A stretch of 64,000 nt of DNA from Tubulanus polymorphus (taxonomy: Eukaryota > Animalia > Nemertea): assembly GCF_964204645.1 (NCBI RefSeq), contig NC_134032.1:14620275-14684274 (forward strand), in the 5' to 3' direction. Positions 1 to 14,105 of this stretch are shown here, piece after piece (the first letter of the stretch is position 1; every line of letters starts with the position of its first letter). Both the position numbers and the translations under genes were made by a program. Below the pieces are notes generated by a model that worked only from the letters and a program-made list of their open reading frames with translations, was not told the origin of the DNA and ran no database searches.

Positions 1-387
1 CTAAGACTGGTCTTAGGAAAGTTGTTAGATTGGCTATAAGAACTGAAATGAGCTGAGACTGGTCTTAAGTCATTAGATTGGCTATAGAACTTATACGGTC
101 TAAGACTGGTCTTAGGAAAGTTGTTAGATTGGCTATAAGAACTGAAATGAGCTTAGACTGGTCTTAAGTTGTTAGATTGGCTATAACACTACGTTAGTTG
201 GTCTTAGGCTGAGCTTAAGTCTAAGCCATGACTATGCAACTGGCACCAGGGGCCGGTTGCATAGTCATGGCTTAGACTTAAGACCCGTCTAAGACCAACT
301 TAGTTCTATAGCCAATCTAACAACTTAAGACCAGTCTTAAGTTTCAAGAACACTTTTGGACTTAAGTCACGACTGTGCAACTGGCAC
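1..387. mobile_element. Two adjacent Harbinger-like MITEs (second = 250-387)
   Basis: TIRs gggccggttgcatagtcatgg / gactgtgcaactggcac; CAG/CTG flanks; internal cttaagaccagtc repeats. Confidence 0.7.
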
Positions 388-1279
388 CTGGTTTTAACTA
401 TCTCTGTCCTGATGAAACGGGTAACCTCGATAGGAATCCGAACCTCCTAAATCTGTCCCTCTGTACTTCATGAAAGATACTTTAATATGTAATTCAATGT
501 ATTCTGCATCTATGCAGTGTTTTCAATAAGAGCCAGGTCCCAAGTCCTGACCCGCCTGTTTTTTCAAACCAGCCTTCGTTTCAGGGACTGTGACGTATTA
601 TGGGACCCTACCGTTTTCCAAAGGGACCCGGCTTGTTTATTTCTTATTACTTCTTTGATACAGAGATCTGGACCCCCAGACCACACCCTTCTGCCGCTCC
701 ATATTTCACGAGAGATACATCAATTATGTATCTAATATATTCAGTATCTCCGCAGCCCCTGTAAGTCAACATGTCAAGTGAACACAGCTTGTATCGCTAA
801 CAATAACGAATCTTGTCTTTCTAGGTATTTGTGATCACAATGTTGAATCTGTCTTTCTACATATTTGTTTTAGCGCACAACGACATAATGACAAAAAGGC
901 AGCTGCGAACCATACAGCTAGACATGGGTTGGGAACAGCGTATCAAATAATAGTTAATTACACATAGCATAATACCCCTGGTATATATATATACAGTAGG
1001 ATCATTTTGTCTTCAATAACCCGATATATTTACCACTATAATTTAACACTAGGTCAAGTGAAGCTGAACAGAGTGTAGGCAGAGGGGGGTCTGAACAGGA
1101 TAACTCCATTAACTGAAGAATTAACAATCATAACAGGTCCCTAGATGTTCATTTTTTTACTGAAAATTTGCAGTCATTTGAGTGTTCATTGACTGCTAGT
1201 TGATAATGGGAAACCCGGGTGAGGGATCTCTCCAACACCTCTTACAGTTCGGAGAATCTGAAATTCTCTAATTAGATTC

Positions 1280-1560
1280 AAAGATATCCTCAGTGAAGGC
1301 TGTTTCTTATCAAGAGGTTCATTGTGTCACTCATCACCAGCAAGAACAACAAGACACCAAAAATTCAAATTCCCTGATTAAATTATAAGATATCCTCAGT
1401 GAGGGCTGTTTCTTATCAATAGGTTCCTTGTGTCATCTCATCACCAGCAAGAACAACACGACACCAAAAATTCAGATTCCCTGATTGAATTATGAAATAT
1501 CCTCAGTGGAGGCTGTTTCTTATCAAAAGGTCCCATATGCCACCAACCAGTCAGAACAAC
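1280..1560. repeat. About 107-bp direct repeat x3
   Basis: gatatcctcagtg..gctgtttcttatcaa repeated; dispersed copy at 34861. Confidence 0.8.
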
Positions 1561-1646
1561 AAGCAGGACTGCCAACCACCGAAAAGTGCTATCAGGAACA
1601 AATTGATTTTTTTTCAGTAACATTTCATTGAAATATGGAAGAAAAT

Positions 1647-2208
1647 GTTCAAATTAATCAGTAATCAACAGTAAGACCCTCAGTAACATCTTTCATATTT
1701 CTGTTCAAATTAATCAGTAATCAACAGTAAGACCCTCAGTAACATCTTTCATATTTCTGTTCAAATTAATCAGTAATCAACAGTAAGACCCTCAGTAACA
1801 TCTTTCATATTTCTGTTTAAATTAATCAGTAATCAACAGTAAGACCCTCAGTTACATCTTTCATATTTCTGTTCAAATTAATCAGTAATCAACAGTAAGA
1901 CCCTCAGTAACATCTTTCATATTTCTGTTCAAATTAATCAGTAATCAACAGTAAGACCCTCAGTAACATCTTTCATATTTCTGTTTAAATTAATCAGTAA
2001 TCAACAGTAAGACCCTCAGTAACATCTTTCATATTTCAGTTCAAATTAAACAGTTATCAACGGTAAGACCCTCAGTAACATCTTTCATATTTCTGTTCAA
2101 ATTAATCAGTAATCGACGGTAAGACCCTCAGTAACATCTTTCATATTTCTGTTCAAATTAATCAGTAATCGACAGTAAGACCCTCAGTAACATCTTTCAT
2201 ATTTCTGT
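1647..2208. repeat. 56-bp minisatellite x10
   Basis: gttcaaattaatcagtaatcaacagtaagaccctcagtaacatctttcatatttct. Confidence 0.95.
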
Positions 2209-3372
2209 ACGCATCAAACAAATAAAATCAGTATTTCTTTTCATAAATAGTAACAAATACTGAAAATCAGAAACAGTTGGCAGCTCTGAACAAAAATACT
2301 GAAAATCAGTGACAGTTGGTAGCTCTGAACAAGACTCCTTAACTTTTCCCTGATTTTCAAAAAGAGTTGCCTGATCTGTAAGAACCCCATTTAACTACAG
2401 GGGCAGATATCTACGCCGCTATTTGGAAATTAGATATCAGTTTTATCTGACACTATCAATCATATTTTCAATTTTGGGGTCAGCGATCATGAAGGCAATG
2501 ACCTTGTACATTAGCAGTTTCACAACAAACAGTAACTAATATTCCTTCATAACAATTCTGATGTCTACTGTGTTTATGTAACTGTGAAGGCTGATGCACT
2601 TTTCAGAACCCGTTGCCAAAGTATAAATGACATAAACTTCATTAACTTCATGACTACTAATCATAACTTGTCAATCATAAATCTATTCTCAGCACTAGGC
2701 CCCTCCCTCACGAGCACTAAGCTCAGTACAACAAAAAGAATTGTGAATGTAAAATTATTAAGTGCGTTGTGATTTTTTCACGTGGTTTTTCCCCCTCCAT
2801 AACCACCCCCCTCGCCCCCCTCCCCCGAAACCTGCGGCTGTTTGTTCTAAAGTCAGTTCAACTTTTACCCCATCCCCCCTTGCTGGAGCTGAGGCCAGTT
2901 ACATTTAACTTTGACCTCTCAGTCTTAGTTGTTGAACCCCCCCCCCACTTTAACTCAGACATTGAGATATTATCAAATAAGAACCCACTGTACACAGAAC
3001 ACATACACATATTTAAGGCATTAAAGACAGTTAATAGCACCAAAAAGAAGGCCACATAGCATAAGAAAATGCTGGCTAGATGTTGATGTGCAAATAGACG
3101 AGCTTCTGCCTGGCTGAGATGCGTGTTTATGTAAAAAGACATCTCAAAACCACCTTGTTCCGTGACTATTACGATAAGATTTTCCCACAGGGGGCGCATT
3201 TGAACTGTAAATAATAGGATCATAGCATCATAAAGGAACAATTTATCATTATTATCATCATTGTGTAAGATGTTTTTATGTCACCAGATAAAATAACTGA
3301 ACTGAAAAAGACACAAGGTGTTCGACATTTTGGGCTCAGAAGATTTTAATTTTCTACCTTTCATTACTCATT

Positions 3373-3720
3373 GGTAGGAGCGAGGTGGCCGAGTGGTTAG
3401 AGCGTTCGGTCTGGGACGCCAGGTCGTGGGTTCGAACCCCGTACATTGCCGTAATGTCCTCGGGCAAGACACTTGATCCTCATTGTCTCTCTCCACCCGG
3501 GAGTAAATGGGTACCTGTGACTCCTGAGCGCTTGTTAGCAGCTCGGTGTTACTTTTCCCCAGGGAGAGATGACTGATACATGTTAGAGTATAAAATTGGC
3601 CGGGGTAATAATACTGAAAATGTAAAGCGCTCTGAGCTGCCTGGCTGGATTTAGCGCTATATAAGACACATATTATTATTATCATTATTATATCATTATT
3701 ATTATTATTATTATTATTAT
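3373..3720 (+). mobile_element. tRNA-derived SINE with CORE-like centre and L2-like tail
   Basis: A box TGGCCGAGTGG and B box GGTTCGAACCC. Central 'gtcctcgggcaagacactt...gtaaatgggtacc'. 3' 'tgtaaagcgc...gcgctatataag' followed by an (ATT)n tail. Confidence 0.85.
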
Positions 3721-3766
3721 TGAATTATATATTCAAAGGTCATTTTACTGGAACTACTGTACTTAC

Positions 3767-4228
3767 CTCACTACGCATGGTAGATGTGTATTGCGACTGG
3801 TCAAAAGTCCATTTCGAACATTTTCTCACGATCGTTCGCTCGGTTTCGAGAATTTCGGACAGCGCCTGAAATCGGTCGCTAGCGTTTGTAACGTCGTAAC
3901 CGCCGGCGACGGTATCGTTCAACAATGCCGCGACTATCGCGCTGTAGTTACGCTCGTACACGTGACACGAATCGTACTGTACAGCTTTGTCACCGGTGCC
4001 GCCATCTTTTAACGGAATGGCGAGACGTTTTTGGTCGGCGGCCGATAAGTTCTGTATTTCTGGCACGTAACACCAGTGATCCTGAGCGCCACCTATGAAC
4101 ACGTGCGCTAGATTCTGCAATCCGGTCTGAATTCCGACGAGACCGAACAGAAGATATAACAGTATCTGGTATCGTCCACAGTCGCCGATTCTTATCAACA
4201 CGTCGTCAAAATTCATTTTCGACGTCAT
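3767..4228 (-). CDS. SLC22-family organic cation/carnitine transporter, first coding exon (gene continues beyond left edge)
   Basis: MNFDDVLIRIGDCGRYQ N-terminus, TM1, 'DHWC' and the Cys-containing extracellular loop ending C-x-x-W-x-F-D-x-S-x-Y-x-S-T-x-x-S-E. Phase-0 donor GAG|gtaagt at 3766. Candidate 5'UTR acceptor tttttcag at 4275. Confidence 0.9.
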
Positions 4229-5089
4229 GGCGATGAGCGAGCGCGCGGGTCGCGATAAGGTTCGAAACCAAAATCTGAAAAATCATCAAAACCAAAACTT
4301 GATTATATGAAACAGTGAAAGTATTTGATTGAGTAAATTCCCCAGGGGGCGCTGCATTTGCTCAAAAGATGGTTACAGTGAACCAGTAGATAGTTGACAT
4401 AGTGATAATTAAAAGTTCATTGTTACTATGGTATTTATCCGCTGGTTATATTTGAGCAACTTTTGAACAACTGCAGCTCCAGGGTCTAACCAAATATTTG
4501 TAATATAAATTATTGAGATAAGGGCCACATTCAGCAGCCTTCATTCACTTTTGACGGAATTCCCAGAATTTCAAACTAAATTGTTCCATTCAAATTGCCC
4601 CCTTTTGAGGTTTCTTTCTTCCAACAAAATGTACCTTAAATAAATGTAGCAGTTAAATATTGTGGGACTAATATAAGTACCGTATGAATGGTCCAACTTG
4701 ACCGCACTTTCGCTCAACGAACAGAGTGGTCCGGTAACCCAAAACTCAACAGACACCAGCTAACAGATTGGAAATCTTTACTACAAGCAACTAATTTCAA
4801 ATAAAAGTCAATAACAAAGTCCATTTTCCATGGATAGAATTTAGTTTACTTTGGATGCGGGCCAAACAGTTTTACATGGAATATTGATAAAAGGTGAGGT
4901 GTTTTTTCTATATAAAACATGTGACAGGTGGAAGGGCAGCTCCGATAGGAAACTCTTATATCACATAGGTTTAAAGGTAAAGGTAAATGACTTCTTTTGG
5001 TTCCGTAGATTATGTAAGAATTATACAGACTTTGTACATCCTTAAACATTGGGATCCAGTCCAACATAAGTCAGTTTGAACTAAATTCC

Positions 5090-5923
5090 ACCGTTCCACT
5101 ATTCCAGACCCAGTTCCACAGTTAAGAACCCAGTTCCACAGTTCTGGACCAAGTTCCACAGTTCTGGACCCAGTTCCACAGTTCTGGACCCAGTTCCACA
5201 GTTCTGGACCCAGTTCCACAGTTCTGGACCGAGTTCCACAGTTCTGGACCCAGTTCCACAGTTCTGGACTCAGTTCCACAGTTCTGGACCCAGTTCCACA
5301 GTTCTGGACCCAGTTCCACAGTTCTGGACCCAGTTCCACAGTTCTGGACTCAGTTCCACAGTTCTGGACCCAGTCCCACAGTTCTGGACTCAGTTCCACA
5401 GTTCAGAACCCAGTTCCACAGTTCTGGACTCAGTTCCACAGTTCTGGACCCAGTTCCACAGTTCTGGACCCAGTTCCACAGTTCTGGACCCAGTTCCACA
5501 GTTCTGGACCCAGTTCCACAGTTCTGGACCCAGTTCCACAGTTCTGGACTCAGTTCCACAGTTCTGGACCCAGTTCCACAGTTCTGGACCCAGTTCCACA
5601 GTTCTGGACCCAGTTCCACAGTTCTGGACCCAGTTCCACAGTTCTGGACTCAGTTCCACAGTTCTGGACCCAGTCCCACAGTTCTGGACTCAGTTCCACA
5701 GTTCAGAACCCAGTTCCACAGTTCTGGACTCAGTTCCACAGTTCTGGACCCAGTTCCACAGTTCTGGACCCAGTTCCACAGTTCTGGACCCAGTTCCACA
5801 GTTCTGGACCCAGTTCCACAGTTCTGGACCCAGTTCCACAGTTCTGGACCCAGTTCCACAGTTCTGGACCCAGTTCCACAGTTCTGGACCCAGTTCCACA
5901 GTTCTGGACTCAGTTCCACAGTT
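5090..5923. repeat. 20-bp minisatellite x about 41
   Basis: gacccagttccacagttctg. Confidence 0.97.
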
Positions 5924-6183
5924 ATGCATATCCCCTATGGTGAACTCAACTGACGGAACAACGGACAGCGAGTCAAAAGTCAAAGAGTGCACATTATCAT
6001 TATATTTCTCCATTCATAAGCTATCATAACTATATCAATATTTTTAGATATATATCTCATGATAGTAAACATTAATAGATATCGTCTACATATATATATC
6101 TCAAAACTCATCCTTATCACTACTTTCACCTCAGAAATAATGTGTAACGTTATGCTGAATTATTCAAACATTCTCTAGCCTAG

Positions 6184-6274
6184 GGCCCGGTTCCACAGTT
6201 GTGAGTTAAAATCAGTTCATTTTTAATGTTATAACTCGAGGGTCAAATTTAAGTCAGAACTGTGGAACTGGGCC
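6184..6274. mobile_element. Short Harbinger-like MITE
   Basis: ggcccggttccacagtt ... aactgtggaactgggcc TIRs. Confidence 0.75.
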
Positions 6275-8006
6275 CTGGATTTTAAAGGCAAAACCCTGAA
6301 ACTGTATAGCAACTTGTTGTTTTGTTTAGAAATGTATTTGTTAGTCGTGTTTGTAAAGTAATTAGTCATATGTTCTTTCTGTCTTTGTTTATGGCATGTT
6401 GTTGCTCAAATTGTCTACTCACTGTCTGTCACCTTTGTTTTTCATACCTAAGTTTTTGTTACTATGCAGGAATATATATATAGGTGTAACAAGAGTCAGT
6501 TGAAACAGAATGAGGGACACAACGCACACTTTTATTTGGCAGTTTGTACTGAGCAGTTGTTGCGGTCGGTCGGAAGCCGACCAAGCATTTGAATAAAAGA
6601 TATTTTATCAAGATGGAATTGATGACTTTGGATTTATTTTGACGAGCTAGTTCCCGCGTGCACTGAAAATCCTAGTTGTTACAACTGTTTCAAAATAAAC
6701 ACAAGATATCTTATTTATTGTGCCTGGATTTTCCGAGGGTGAGATCAATCTACACCGACACTTTCTAGCCACTGTTGAAGAATTCTAAAATCATCGCACT
6801 GCTGAGGCTGACACAGAAGTTGTCATTAAAAAATACCAGTCCAAGCCTTGATTAACTCTGATAATTAACATGATCAGACATTCACTCGGACTAATAGTTG
6901 TGTTAAACTGTAGACAGCCATCAGCTCAACTTGGATATAAAATTGTTTTACCCAAATCTGCACTGAACAATTCAGAATGAATATACCAACAATGACCTTT
7001 ATATCTTGATTTCCAAAAATCTAAGCAACCTTGGGCCGTTTCCTTAGTCAAGACTTAAGACTAAAAGATCTTAAAGACTAAAATGTCTTAAGCTGTTAGA
7101 TTGGAACTAACTTGGTCTAAGAACTAAGTTCATAAGTCTAAGCCCTAACTATGGAACTGGTCCCTGGGCTACGAGCGAGTCTCATAGCTGTAGATGCAAA
7201 ATGATGTTTTGAAATTTGTCAGTTATAACCATGGTTTCTCATTTTTACTATGGTGGTTGTTACCCTGATTGAGGGTTACCTGTTGGGGTAACTTTGTAAA
7301 CAGGGAGCGTACTTGAAATATCGAAAATATTTGGATTTTAACTCGATTAAGTGAGAACTGAGCTACTGGATCCTGGTTTTTTGTCTTTGTCGGATGTGTT
7401 GCATAAAAATTCTGAAAATTCAGGGCAATCCCCTGTCTCGTTCCCAATCAGGGAGGACTCGTTAGGGACTAGCCGAATATGTAAGATATATATTGATACC
7501 TATTGAAAAAAGGAAAAAAGCTATACTAATAGACATTCTCTCTTCAGTAGAGGCTGCTGATGCAACGTATGCTCGTAGACAGTTTCTGTGTGCTAGTAAA
7601 AGAGGTTCTAACCTTCAAAAATATTTACCAGGAAAAATGACTGATACATACCCGGTACGCAATTCAACGTTCGACATATTTTCATCGGAACTGCGAATAT
7701 TACGAGGGAGTTTCACCTCGTCGGGGAATGAAACGGCGTAAAGTTAGAATCAGCGGCTCGAACTCAGACACCTCAACCGTGTTTTGTTATTTATGGAAAG
7801 TATTGCTTTTCTTCTCTTGAAAAACCACCACATTAAACAAAGCTTCAACGGAGAGTTTTATGTCGAGTAGTTTCGATGCCAAGATATTTCTTCGCACAAG
7901 GTCGAAACTGAATCGCGCAGAGAATGATGTGGAAAAAATAACCTTTCTTAAAGCCGACAATATCAAGGGTGGAATTAGAGGAAAGTGCATCCTCGAATAT
8001 GGATTC

Positions 8007-8290
8007 AGAACTGTGGAACTGGATCCTGAACTGTGGAACTGAATCCAGAACTTTCGAACTAGATCCAGAACTGTAAAACTGGGTTCAGATTTGTTGAACT
8101 GGGTTCAGAAATGTGGAACTGGCCCCAGATATTTGGAACTGGGTTCAGATTTGTTGGACTGGTTTCAAAACAATGGAACTGGCCCCAGATATTTGGAACT
8201 GAATCCAGAATTGTGGAACTGGATCCTGAACTGTGGAACTGAGTCCAGGACTGTGGAACTGTGGAAACGGATCCTGAACTGTGGAACTAA
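8007..8290. repeat. Degenerate 20-bp minisatellite (reverse of 5090 family)
   Basis: cagaactgtggaactggatc units. Confidence 0.9.
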
Positions 8291-9955
8291 GTCCGATAGA
8301 TATCAGCAGCCATTCATTTACACCGTATAAAATAACAGAGTAATTACATTTATTCGGAACAAATGTATTCAATAATAGTGTAATCAGCATCGACAACTAT
8401 GACCGGGCGTCAATAATTGCTTCCAAAATACTCAGCTTAATCTGAGGTCAATTCAATTCCTGTTCCTACCATTAACATCAGGATGTGAACTGGTCAAATC
8501 TAGTTACAAGAGTCTCTTATCAAACCTCACACCTTGCTATTATCAAAAATAGGATTGAGAGTTTAGATTATCTGAACAACTATATGAACTTTGGACTATG
8601 GTTTCAAATATATATATGGATTATTAAATATTGCAGCGATTAATAAATAAACTGGCTGGACAAAACAATCACAGAAAAGACTCATTAGAGACTCATCAAA
8701 AGAGTCATTAGATTATATTGTAATATCTTAGATAAAATGCTCAATTTGATTATATTCAATACGTAATTATCACTCTGATCAACCATTTTTATTTTCCTTT
8801 GTAAAATCGCTCACTGTCATTCATTCAACTTATATTCACTACAATACAATATCATTAAAAGGTTTTTTTAATGTCACACCTTCAGGGACAGATCCAGGGC
8901 CCTATCTCGAGGGGGTTCTGAATTTTATAAGGGCGCTCACTAGGGCCCGCTCACTATTATGGGGGAGGGCCCTTTCTATGTCAAATCACGGCAAAAAAGA
9001 CCACTTAACATCAAACTTTACACTTTCAGGGGCACTCATCATGCAAAACGAGGACACATTCAAGTCAAATCCATGGATTTAGGGGCATCTCCAAGGGACA
9101 CAGACAAAGCTCGGCGGTATTCCAGAACCCTCGGAGCCCCCTGGATCCGCCTCTGACCTTATTACTTAGTCGGTCTCATTTTTCCGCAATGTCAGGGTTC
9201 TGTGTATGCTGGTATTTTAAAGGGGCTGCATTCATGGTTTTAAAACTTTGTGTATGACATCCTCGCTGCTGAAGTAACTAAATTAGGCATTCGATCCCCC
9301 CCAAAAATATTGAATATTTGAGCTTAACTATATGGTTTACCATGGTTAAATCCTCCATTTTTCACATTAGCTCAATATATTTCAAATCAGCATTGATGAT
9401 AGAATATTGACATGTCAGGTGGGGGCAGCAGTTGACTGTTTCTCAGAGGGATGGATGAATGAAAGTGATGAAGAACTACTAATATGCACCGGCGATGACG
9501 GTCCATGTGACCCGACCCGACATCTCTGTACTATAGGCTAAGCATACACTATCGAATCTATCATTTTGTCTACTAAGTGTAGTAGTAAATCCAGACTCGC
9601 CGTATCTCTCTCCTCCTACCAACTCAACTGACTGATAGTGATGATAATAATAATTTCTAAACGACTCAACTTACTGTATCTATATATGTTTCAAATTTCT
9701 TCAGGTTTTCAAATTCTCACTCGCACTTTATCTCTCCCTATTCTGAAGACGTCCCATATTCCTTTCATGTTTGTGCGTTGAACTAAAAGTACACTGATAT
9801 GATGCGGTTATACACTACGCTATACTCGCTCGCCCCGCTACGCGTACAAACCCACGTGGTTTTGTTTACAATTCCATTCGCAACACGAGATGTAGATGGC
9901 GGCCTCATATGCGACTAGTGCGTCCTCTGGTTGCAGGTGCAGGCACAAATTTTTT

Positions 9956-10220
9956 GTCAGCGTCAGTAATCACTAGGTCCGAAACCCTGTACATCCTCTA
10001 TTCAGCATCATGACCACTCTGAATCAGTGTCAGTAATTACTGGGTTCGAACCCGGGACACCCTATACATCCTCTATTCAGCATCATGACCACTCTGAATC
10101 AGTGTCAGTAATTACTGGGTTCGAACCCGGGACACCCTGTACATCCTCTATTCAGCATCAGGACCACTCTGAATCAGTGTCAGTAATTAATGGGTTCGAA
10201 CCCGGGACACCCTGTACATT
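9956..10220. repeat. 78-bp tandem repeat x about 3.5 with B-box-like core
   Basis: gtcagtaattactgggttcgaacccgggacaccctgtacatcc... Confidence 0.85.
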
Positions 10221-12893
10221 CTCGAGGAATCTATTTGTGCAAATACAGATTTGTTTTATCTACCTTCGATGGGAAGTAAATCTGCGTGAAATGATTTTGG
10301 CAATATGTATCAAAACTAATACAGCTGTATGAAGACACAATAGGTTCACTTAGATACAGATAAATAATTAATGTGCTTAGATACACATGTATCAACTACA
10401 TTTTAAATGTCAATGGACTTGAATAAAAAATTTAATCCATTATTGTAGATGTTGGTGTTATTGTTTTGATTCGTTTTGTTTTGTTTACATCCGGGCTACT
10501 GTCATTCAAGCTGGGACCAAAAATCGCAACCTCGTTGAGCTATCCAACCAATCTCATGACAGATTTCAAAATTAATCATATTTATTTTCATACAACAATT
10601 ATACAAAATGCCAGAAGTGCTCGAGGAATTCCCTCAAACACGTGAACTCACTAGAAACTACAATGGACGTTAAACTGTGAACTTAAGTTTTAACGCTTAC
10701 TGTCCAACCATAGACTCTAAAACGAAATAAGTCTATGGCCCAACCATGGACTCTTAAATGGCCCCCGCACTAAAACCAGAGATAAACCTGGCCAAAACTC
10801 TGGAAAGCGTAATTGGGTTGGATTTACATTATTTAAGCTAGAACGTAAATTTCACAAACTTTGTTCCGTCTTTACAGAGATATTTTCACACTAGCTTATT
10901 TTCTCAAATGTAACTTATTTTATACAAAGTATATTTTCGTTTGACAACATCTCATATATACATAGAATTATATACATATAGGTGATTATCTTATTAGTTG
11001 ATTGGTTAATGAGTTCGATCCTAGTTGGCTGTGCGCCGTTCAAGATGGTCGATTTTTGACGAGTAGTTGTTCTCAAACTGGGTTTTTTCGCATAGTTGAA
11101 ATCTAGCTGCAATGATTAAAAGAAGATATCCTTTAATGACCAAATATTTCAATAAGAATTAATCGTAATAATTTCATGTATATCAAGTTACCTTTTATGA
11201 TTGCTGGGTTCGTTATCGGTGTGGATCATCTAAAGTTTGTGCGTTAATGAGTTCGATTCTGTTGGCCTCATCTGTGCGCTGTTCAAGTTCGACGATTTTG
11301 GGCGAGTAGCTGTTCTCAAGCTGGGTTTTTTCTCATAGTTGAAATTTAGCTGCAATGATCAAAAATAGATATCCTGTAATGACAAAATATTTCATTCAGA
11401 ATTTATTGCAATAATTCCAAATATATTAAGGTTACCTTTTGTGATTGCCGGGTTCATTATCGGTGAGGTCTCCTAAGTTGGTTGTCTAATTTTACATTTC
11501 TTTGCTCTTTTTTCATGTAAATAGTCCGAAAGTTTACAAGGTCGTAATTTTGTCTAATTTTAAATTTTTTTTGTAGTTTTAAGTTTTTTCAAAATCGGAA
11601 ATCGAAGTACAGATATAGTTGTGTGATCGGCGGTCGATTTTACATAAATTTCTTTTTCTTTAAATCCGAGCGCATAATTGGGAAATTTGGTTCCGTTTCA
11701 TTAATCTTCCAACCAGTCTGAAACCTGACTGATTGGGGTCAATCAAGATGACCACTTATTTTAATACATCGAGATTTGGAATATTCATATTACAAGGTTA
11801 AAGATCATTTTGTACATTTTATGTTTAGTTGATTAGTAGTATTGCTGAAAAAAGAGCAGAATCTTGTGAGCAGAAAATCCTTTCGAATATCACTGATCAT
11901 AATTAACCTAATTAGCCTAATGCAATGGGTAAAGCAGCACATAATACACGCTGTAAAGTCCCTGAATGTTTATAAATGCATCAATATAATATTTGTAAAA
12001 AAAACCTATCAACCGACGATAAAGTTTAATTGATATACATCTTTACAATTAAAGGCAGCCTAAATGTATATGGGGCCCTAAAATATCTACACCAGAAGAG
12101 TTTCTCATCAAACATTATAAGATATTGAATGATTGCTAATATCTAAGCGATTGGTTAATTAGTAAATTGTCCTATCTATATCTTGATTGTCACTTAAACA
12201 AGTCATATGAGGCCTGAAATATCTACAGTATACATTTGAAAAATGTCACACAAGATATTGAAATTACCTTAATTGTACACTTACAATATACTTTAATTAA
12301 TAACTGACCAATCTACATTTTAATTATCAGACCAAAGAATATTTAAGGGACCTCACTCAATCATTTCGTCTAATATTTTAAATATTCAAGCAATCATTGC
12401 CTTGCTTCATTTCAATTTACTACCGGCCACAGAGCTTCAATAAAGTAGTGCGGAGATGGTGAGCTAGACCAGTGTCTCTATCCTCTCCAGTGCCTATGCA
12501 TTCTACCCCAGATATGAAGAATCAACTTAGCTTTATGTATGTATGCATTCCTGTTGCCATGCAGGATGAGGTCAAGACTGCCAGGTTCGGTTGCGGCAGG
12601 TCTTTGGTGGTCCTTCAAGGTGGAGTCTTTTGTGGGCACTTCTGGTGGGCAGATTTTAGATGGGCCTTTCTGGATTAACCTGAAATGAGTAAAAGAACCA
12701 TATTCTGTAGTTACACAATCCTTTTCGTATCACTCATCGTAATTTACATGTGTATCAACTTAACTTTCAATATTGCTGAATTCAGTGTTCTTTTTTTAGG
12801 CATCCTCTTCGTTGTAGTCACCTTCAGCATCTTCTTCTTCATCTTGGGAGTCCTGAAATTAAAAAAAAGAGAAGAGCGATGAAAACCTGGTAC

Positions 12894-13669
12894 GGAACAA
12901 AACTAATGTTCGAAAGCTTTACAGCTCTCCGTCGCCGGTCACATGCCCAGAACACCAGACAAAGAGCCAGCCAGGAATATACTGCCCTCTACACGCCCTC
13001 ACACAGAACGCGAAAACCAGGATGACGACGCCTCACATTCCCCATCTAACTGCAGGATGTACTGGGCGACGTCAGTAACTGACACACCTGTAAAATTGCA
13101 CGAAACACAAATAGTGCAGTACAACCAGCTTGACCGGGTTGAGATTCAGGATCTCAACTAGCACCCAAAAGCGTGACAAGAGACTTCATCCACTGACCGA
13201 GGTTATCACAAGGACACAATGAAACTAGCACTCACAAGCCGACGAGAGACTTCATCCACTGACCGAGGTTATCACAAGGACACAATGAAAACTAGCACTC
13301 AAACTAGAAATCAAAGAGCGTGACAGTAGAATCATCCCTCAGCCAACTCAGAATACCAGAAACAAAGAGCGTGACAGTAGAATCATCCCTCATCCGGGCG
13401 GTCACAAGGACACAATGAATGCTAGTAGCGTGACAATCCAGTATAACCGCTCCATTTGTATCCCGCGCAATCCCACAGATATGCCCGTCATTGACATCAC
13501 TCAGCACACTTTGTAGATAGGTGGGGGCAGTGAGGCCTCGTCATCCTAGTTTTCGTGTTCCGTATGAGGGCGTGTAGAGGGCAGAATTTCCTGACCGACT
13601 CTTTGTCTGACATCCTCGACACATGACCGGCGAAGGAGAGCTGACGCTTTCGGACATTAGTTTTGTTCC
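12894..13669. mobile_element. Two inverted relics of a LINE (RTE-like) ORF2 3' end (12894-13038 +, 13530-13669 -)
   Basis: RKRQLSFAGHVSRM...ALYTPSYGTRKLG resembles the LINE C-terminal R-x-L-x-(W/F)-x-GHV-x-RM...G-x-R-x-x-G motif; frameshifted. Confidence 0.65.
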
Positions 13670-14105
13670 AGCAAACGATGAAATTCGACAGAGAAATCGG
13701 CCCTGAAAAAGAAAACGGGTTAGACGCTGCAAAAAAGAACGGATTAATAAACACGGAACAGTACAGGACAGCACAGAGACGAACAGTAACACATAAAACA
13801 TAAAGACACGTCGTTCCTCAGGAAGCAGGAACAGGAGCAGGAGCGGGAGCGCAGCGAAGATCGCCAGGAGAATCCACGGTAGCATGTTCACAGTGTGAGT
13901 AAGCTGAGGTGAATGGCCTATGCCTGTGTGTACACCGTGGTCAGCCGGTGACATATTCAATAGCGCGTATAAATGATATCAACAACTCAGTGAAAAACCG
14001 CTATTGTGTCTCCTTATTGTTGAATGGATTTATGGAAATATCTCGGAACATTTGAATTGTCGAAGTTACCGCACGATAAAACACTGACGCGACGCCACCT
14101 ATAGA

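Noticed and set aside
3373-3445. tRNA gene
   Set aside because: The A/B boxes continue into a SINE body and tail; no convincing cloverleaf or terminator.
5010-6013. ORFs with ELWNWVQNCGTG repeats (also 8091, 55426-56166)
   Set aside because: Translations of the 20-bp minisatellite.
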